Shown here one piece after another: positions 60,338-64,000 of a stretch of 64,000 nt of DNA. How positions within the stretch are numbered: the first letter of the stretch is position 1; every line of letters starts with the position of its first letter. Both the position numbers and the translations under genes were made by a program. Origin of the DNA: an uncultured Methanospirillum sp. (GTDB lineage Archaea > Halobacteriota > Methanomicrobia > Methanomicrobiales > Methanospirillaceae); NCBI GenBank assembly GCA_964637135.1, contig CAZWTX010000003.1, positions 62,001-126,000 of the forward strand. The letters run 5' to 3'. The notes under the pieces were generated by a model. That model saw only the letters and a program-made list of their open reading frames with translations. It was not told the DNA's origin and did no database searches.

Positions 60338-63019
60338 TCAGGGTGATTGCGGGATGCCAGGTCCATACTGAGCATCACCGGATACCTCCTGGATGATACC
60401 ATCAATACTCACCACATCACCGGCTTCACCCACCACCGGAAGACCGCGTTCGACCATGATCCTGATCCGGCCGGATTTATCAACGATCCGGTATCTAACC
60501 TCATACGGACTGATATTCGAGATGGCGTCCCGTTTCAGGTTGACGACATACTCTTTATCCTCTGGATAGATCAGCGGAATAAGAGACATAAAATGCCCGC
60601 TCGAGAGTTCCTGTACAGAATACCCGGTTACCGATTCAAGGTGATCGTTGTAGAATTCCATGACGGAATCAGCAAGTGACAACCTGAAGACGATCCCCGG
60701 AATGTTCTGGGCAAGTGTGCGGAACTGTTTCTCACTCCGGGTCAGTTCCTCGCTGGCCTGGAACCTTAAGAACGCACTTCCGATCAGTGATGACGCAATC
60801 TCAAGTGCATGGATCTCTCTCTGGCTCCATTTCCTCTCATAAATCTGCTCGAAAAACCCGACAGCCCCGTAGACCTGATCTGAGATGATGACCGGCACGA
60901 GCAGAAACGAGCACACCCCTTCCGATTCAAAAAAACCGCGTGCAGGTTGGCCAATCTCGCGGGTGAGATGAGACAGGGTTTTTCCATCCCTGAATACCTC
61001 CTGCAAGACCTGCGGCTCATAACATCCCCTGACCAGGCCGGGTGCCGTCAGAGGATGTACCGACGACTGGTTTGATCGGGAATACCAGCATGAAACAAGG
61101 TGCACCTGATCCCGGCCTGCCTCATCATGTCGGTTTTCAAAGAGGCAGACTTTGCTCACCAGTGCCGCTTTCCCGATAAGGCTCAACGTATGAGCGGCAC
61201 AATCGCCAAAGGAACCTGATTTCAGCATGTAGGAACCGGCAAGGCTGATAGATTCAAAAATTGATTTCTGTCGGCTGATCTCCAGTTCCATCCGCTTTCT
61301 GTCGCTGATATCCCTGATGATCTCGATGGAACCTGAAATCATGCCATCAAGGTCATAGAGGGGAGCCGCCTTTATCCAAAGCCATATCCGGTTCTTCGTA
61401 ACCGGGTGCTGGGTCTGGAGATCGAGGGTTACCAGGGTGTCATCGGTAACAGGGTTGTCATACTGGACAAGGATTTCCGGATCCCGGGAGAGGATATAAT
61501 CTGCGAGGATCGGCTGTCTTCTCCCGTAAAAGGCATAGGTATGTTCATACGAGCCCTTCCCGAGGATTTCCTCCTTACGCACCCCGGTCAGTTCCTCGAT
61601 AGCCCGGTTCCATATCGTCACCTCCCCTGCACGGTTCAACACAAAAATCGGATCCGGAAGAAATTCGAGGATGGAGGCCAGGTGCATGCGTGCTTCCCGG
61701 ATTTCCTTCTCAATCTTTTTTCGTTCGGTAATGTCACGCCATATGGCGAGTACATAGGGTTGATCCTGGAGATAGAAGAGATGGGCATTTACTTCCACCG
61801 GAAAGACCGAAGAATCACGTCTTTTTAGATCGATCTCAAAGAATGCCTGGTCATGTTTCCTGAACTCATAAATGATCTCACGGTAAGAAGGAAGGCTCTC
61901 CTCCGGGATAATCTCCCTGATATTGAGGGTTAAAAATTCCAAAGGAGTATACCCGAGCATTGAACACCCTGCCGGGTTTACTTCAACGAAACGGGGTTTT
62001 CCGAAGAGGTTGTCGAGTTGAAATAAAAAGATGGCATCATGAGCACTTTGGAAGAGTCTGCGGTATTTCTCTTCACTCCTGGCAAGACGTTCTTCTGCCT
62101 CAAGACGATCCGTGATGTCTCTCCACACCGAGATAAAATCCCTGATATCGCCGGATTCATCTTTCCGGGGAGTAGTCATCGTCTCAAACCAGATCCATTC
62201 ACCCCTGATATTCCTGAATCGGAACGAGGGGAGGTTTATCCGGTTAATCCGGTCTTTCAGGGAATCATCAAGGAACGCACGATCATCAGGATGAATGTAC
62301 TCCCCAATGTCATGATCGATCAGTTCTCCGGAGACATACCCGGTCAGGATCTCACATGCCGGTGAAACATACAGGATGGTCCCCGAGAGATTCCACCGGA
62401 TGATGATATCCCTGACACTTTCGGTGATCACGCGGAGATTTTTCTCACTTTCAAGGATCGCATCCTGCAATACCTTTTTCTCGGTGATATCCTCGCCGGT
62501 GATAACCACAGCAGGACGATCCTGGAGGAAGGAGACCGAGGAGATCGTAAAGAGGTAGACCAGTCGTTCGTCATCCCGGTTCAGGGACACCTCAAGCGTC
62601 CGGGTCTCTCCGGTGGTGATGCTTCTGATACCATGAATGAGATCGGTACCAAAAATTTTCTCCAGGTCAAGCGCCTCGATATGCATGTTTACAAGCGCTT
62701 CAAACGTGGAACCAACCGTCCGGATGAATGCATCGTTTGCCCAGCGGATCGTCAGGTTCGTATTCAGGATGAGAACCATGTGGGAGGAATAGTTCAGCAG
62801 GGACGACTCCGGCTGGAGATCAGAGAGAAAATACTTCTTCTTCTGACCATGCTGGCGCATCTCCACCTTTCCGGACAGGGCCAGGCTGTCCAGATACCGT
62901 GCCACCGTGTGCCGGTGATGACCGGAAAGGGAAGATATTTCCGAGATGCTCAGGGCTTTTTTGCCAAGGGTAAAGGTTCTGAGAATATCATCAAATATCG
63001 GATTGGTTCCTGAACTCAT
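60338..63019 (-). CDS. One-component regulator: N-terminal winged HTH, four PAS, GAF, PAS
   Basis: LSISEIS...HRHTVARYLDSL...GKVEMRQHGQKKKYFL; repeated PAS/PAC units ending DITE/DITD/DISD; a GAF-like segment (SFLLVPV...YGAVGF); no kinase core. Confidence 0.85.
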   Translation of the reverse strand: MSSGTNPIFDDILRTFTLGKKALSISEISSLSGHHRHTVARYLDSLALSGKVEMRQHGQKKKYFLSDLQPESSLLNYSSHMVLILNTNLTIRWANDAFIRTVGSTFEALVNMHIEALDLEKIFGTDLIHGIRSITTGETRTLEVSLNRDDERLVYLFTISSVSFLQDRPAVVITGEDITEKKVLQDAILESEKNLRVITESVRDIIIRWNLSGTILYVSPACEILTGYVSGELIDHDIGEYIHPDDRAFLDDSLKDRINRINLPSFRFRNIRGEWIWFETMTTPRKDESGDIRDFISVWRDITDRLEAEERLARSEEKYRRLFQSAHDAIFLFQLDNLFGKPRFVEVNPAGCSMLGYTPLEFLTLNIREIIPEESLPSYREIIYEFRKHDQAFFEIDLKRRDSSVFPVEVNAHLFYLQDQPYVLAIWRDITERKKIEKEIREARMHLASILEFLPDPIFVLNRAGEVTIWNRAIEELTGVRKEEILGKGSYEHTYAFYGRRQPILADYILSRDPEILVQYDNPVTDDTLVTLDLQTQHPVTKNRIWLWIKAAPLYDLDGMISGSIEIIRDISDRKRMELEISRQKSIFESISLAGSYMLKSGSFGDCAAHTLSLIGKAALVSKVCLFENRHDEAGRDQVHLVSCWYSRSNQSSVHPLTAPGLVRGCYEPQVLQEVFRDGKTLSHLTREIGQPARGFFESEGVCSFLLVPVIISDQVYGAVGFFEQIYERKWSQREIHALEIASSLIGSAFLRFQASEELTRSEKQFRTLAQNIPGIVFRLSLADSVMEFYNDHLESVTGYSVQELSSGHFMSLIPLIYPEDKEYVVNLKRDAISNISPYEVRYRIVDKSGRIRIMVERGLPVVGEAGDVVSIDGIIQEVSGDAQYGPGIPQSP

Positions 63020-63881
63020 GCGGATCCCGATGTCCTAAATATATTTTCTGTAATTGGACTACGAAAACTTTTCCTATATCTTTCGTGATTTGAAATATGG
63101 TGTGCTCATATGTACCCGGAAATACCGCAACATGTTGAGCATGAGACCCTCATACAATGATTCTCAGGGATTTCACAATAAAGGATGAAAACCACACAAC
63201 CTCAGATCTTTCTTTGAAAGCTCTCTGCACACCTTCCTTCCCCTGAGAATCTTTTCATTCTCATAAGACTGTTCCAGGCGTTTTCCCGCTGTTTTATCAC
63301 TCACTGCAGATATCAGGAAGCACGAAGGGCAAAAGATGCATGATGTCATTTCTTCCAGAGGAATCTAATCGTCGAGGCAGAGACAGTCCGCACCAGAACC
63401 CATCTCCTGCCCAGGGTGATATTCATGACCGATCATACGTATGGCTGGTTTTCCCTTGTTTTGGCCGTTATCCGATTTTGTAGCCAGGAGAAGGAGATAC
63501 CTGATTCCATGACTGACACCGGCTGTATATCCTGCAGAAGGATATCCCTGTAACGCTCACCATTGGATGATTATCTCATGGATTGAAGGATATCAGCAAC
63601 AGGATCGGAGATAGCGTCTTTCCCGGCATTCATACTTCAGGATGAAGGACATTGCCCCGGATCGTTATTCAGGGAAAGAACCTGAAGAGAACAGGGACAG
63701 GCTCAAAATCACCGGACAACCAGGTATACTGCCCGGAGGATACCGGGCCATACCGCTCAAAAAGGATGCCTGACTATACTATATAACGGGGTGAAGAATC
63801 GGAGAGATGATAGAGATCATCGCAGGGTATCCCCGACACTCCTGTCATGTACAGACCACGGATTCATCATAGAGGAGTTCC

Positions 63882-64000
63882 ATGAATGTAGAATACATCA
63901 TTGCCGGTGCCGCCATACTAATCCTTGTCTGTATCATTGCCAACAAGGTATCAGGAAAACTTGGATTCCCGGCCCTTTTAATCTTTATCCTGGTAGGTAT
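63882..64000 (+). CDS. 5' end of a K+/H+ antiporter (NhaP2/CvrA family), truncated by the window end
   Basis: MNVEYIIAGAAILILVCIIANKVSGKLGFPALLIFILVG matches the S.KLG.P.LL.F..VG TM1-2 pattern; GAGGAG RBS upstream. Confidence 0.75.
   Translation, partial: MNVEYIIAGAAILILVCIIANKVSGKLGFPALLIFILVG

Overview
Gene-dense chromosomal window from a hydrogenotrophic methanogen. Gene content and protein sequences point to Methanomicrobiales, probably Methanospirillum-like (inference). Core content: coenzyme F430 genes (cfbA-E-D-B, with cfbC displaced ~13 kb), marker-9/CitG-like/DUF447, hypA/hypE, archaeal phosphoribulokinase, a split glutamate synthase with an FrhB-like subunit divergent from glnA, dph5, hisE, nusA, a cis-prenyltransferase pair, DNA repair genes, transporters, surface proteins and two tRNAs (Ser-TGA, Glu-TTC). 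I saw no CRISPR array, IS element, integrase or provirus. Best candidates for undescribed biology: (1) a parA / multi-PAS-CheW / cheR operon resembling the Vibrio ParC-ParP array-positioning system; (2) directly divergent from it, an ErcA/ErcS-like alcohol-dehydrogenase/hybrid-kinase pair; (3) structured leaders upstream of a K+/H+ antiporter (partial c-di-AMP-riboswitch resemblance), satP and corA; (4) a possibly F420-dependent glutamate synthase with NrpR-like boxes. All calls come from motif recognition by eye; no searches were run.
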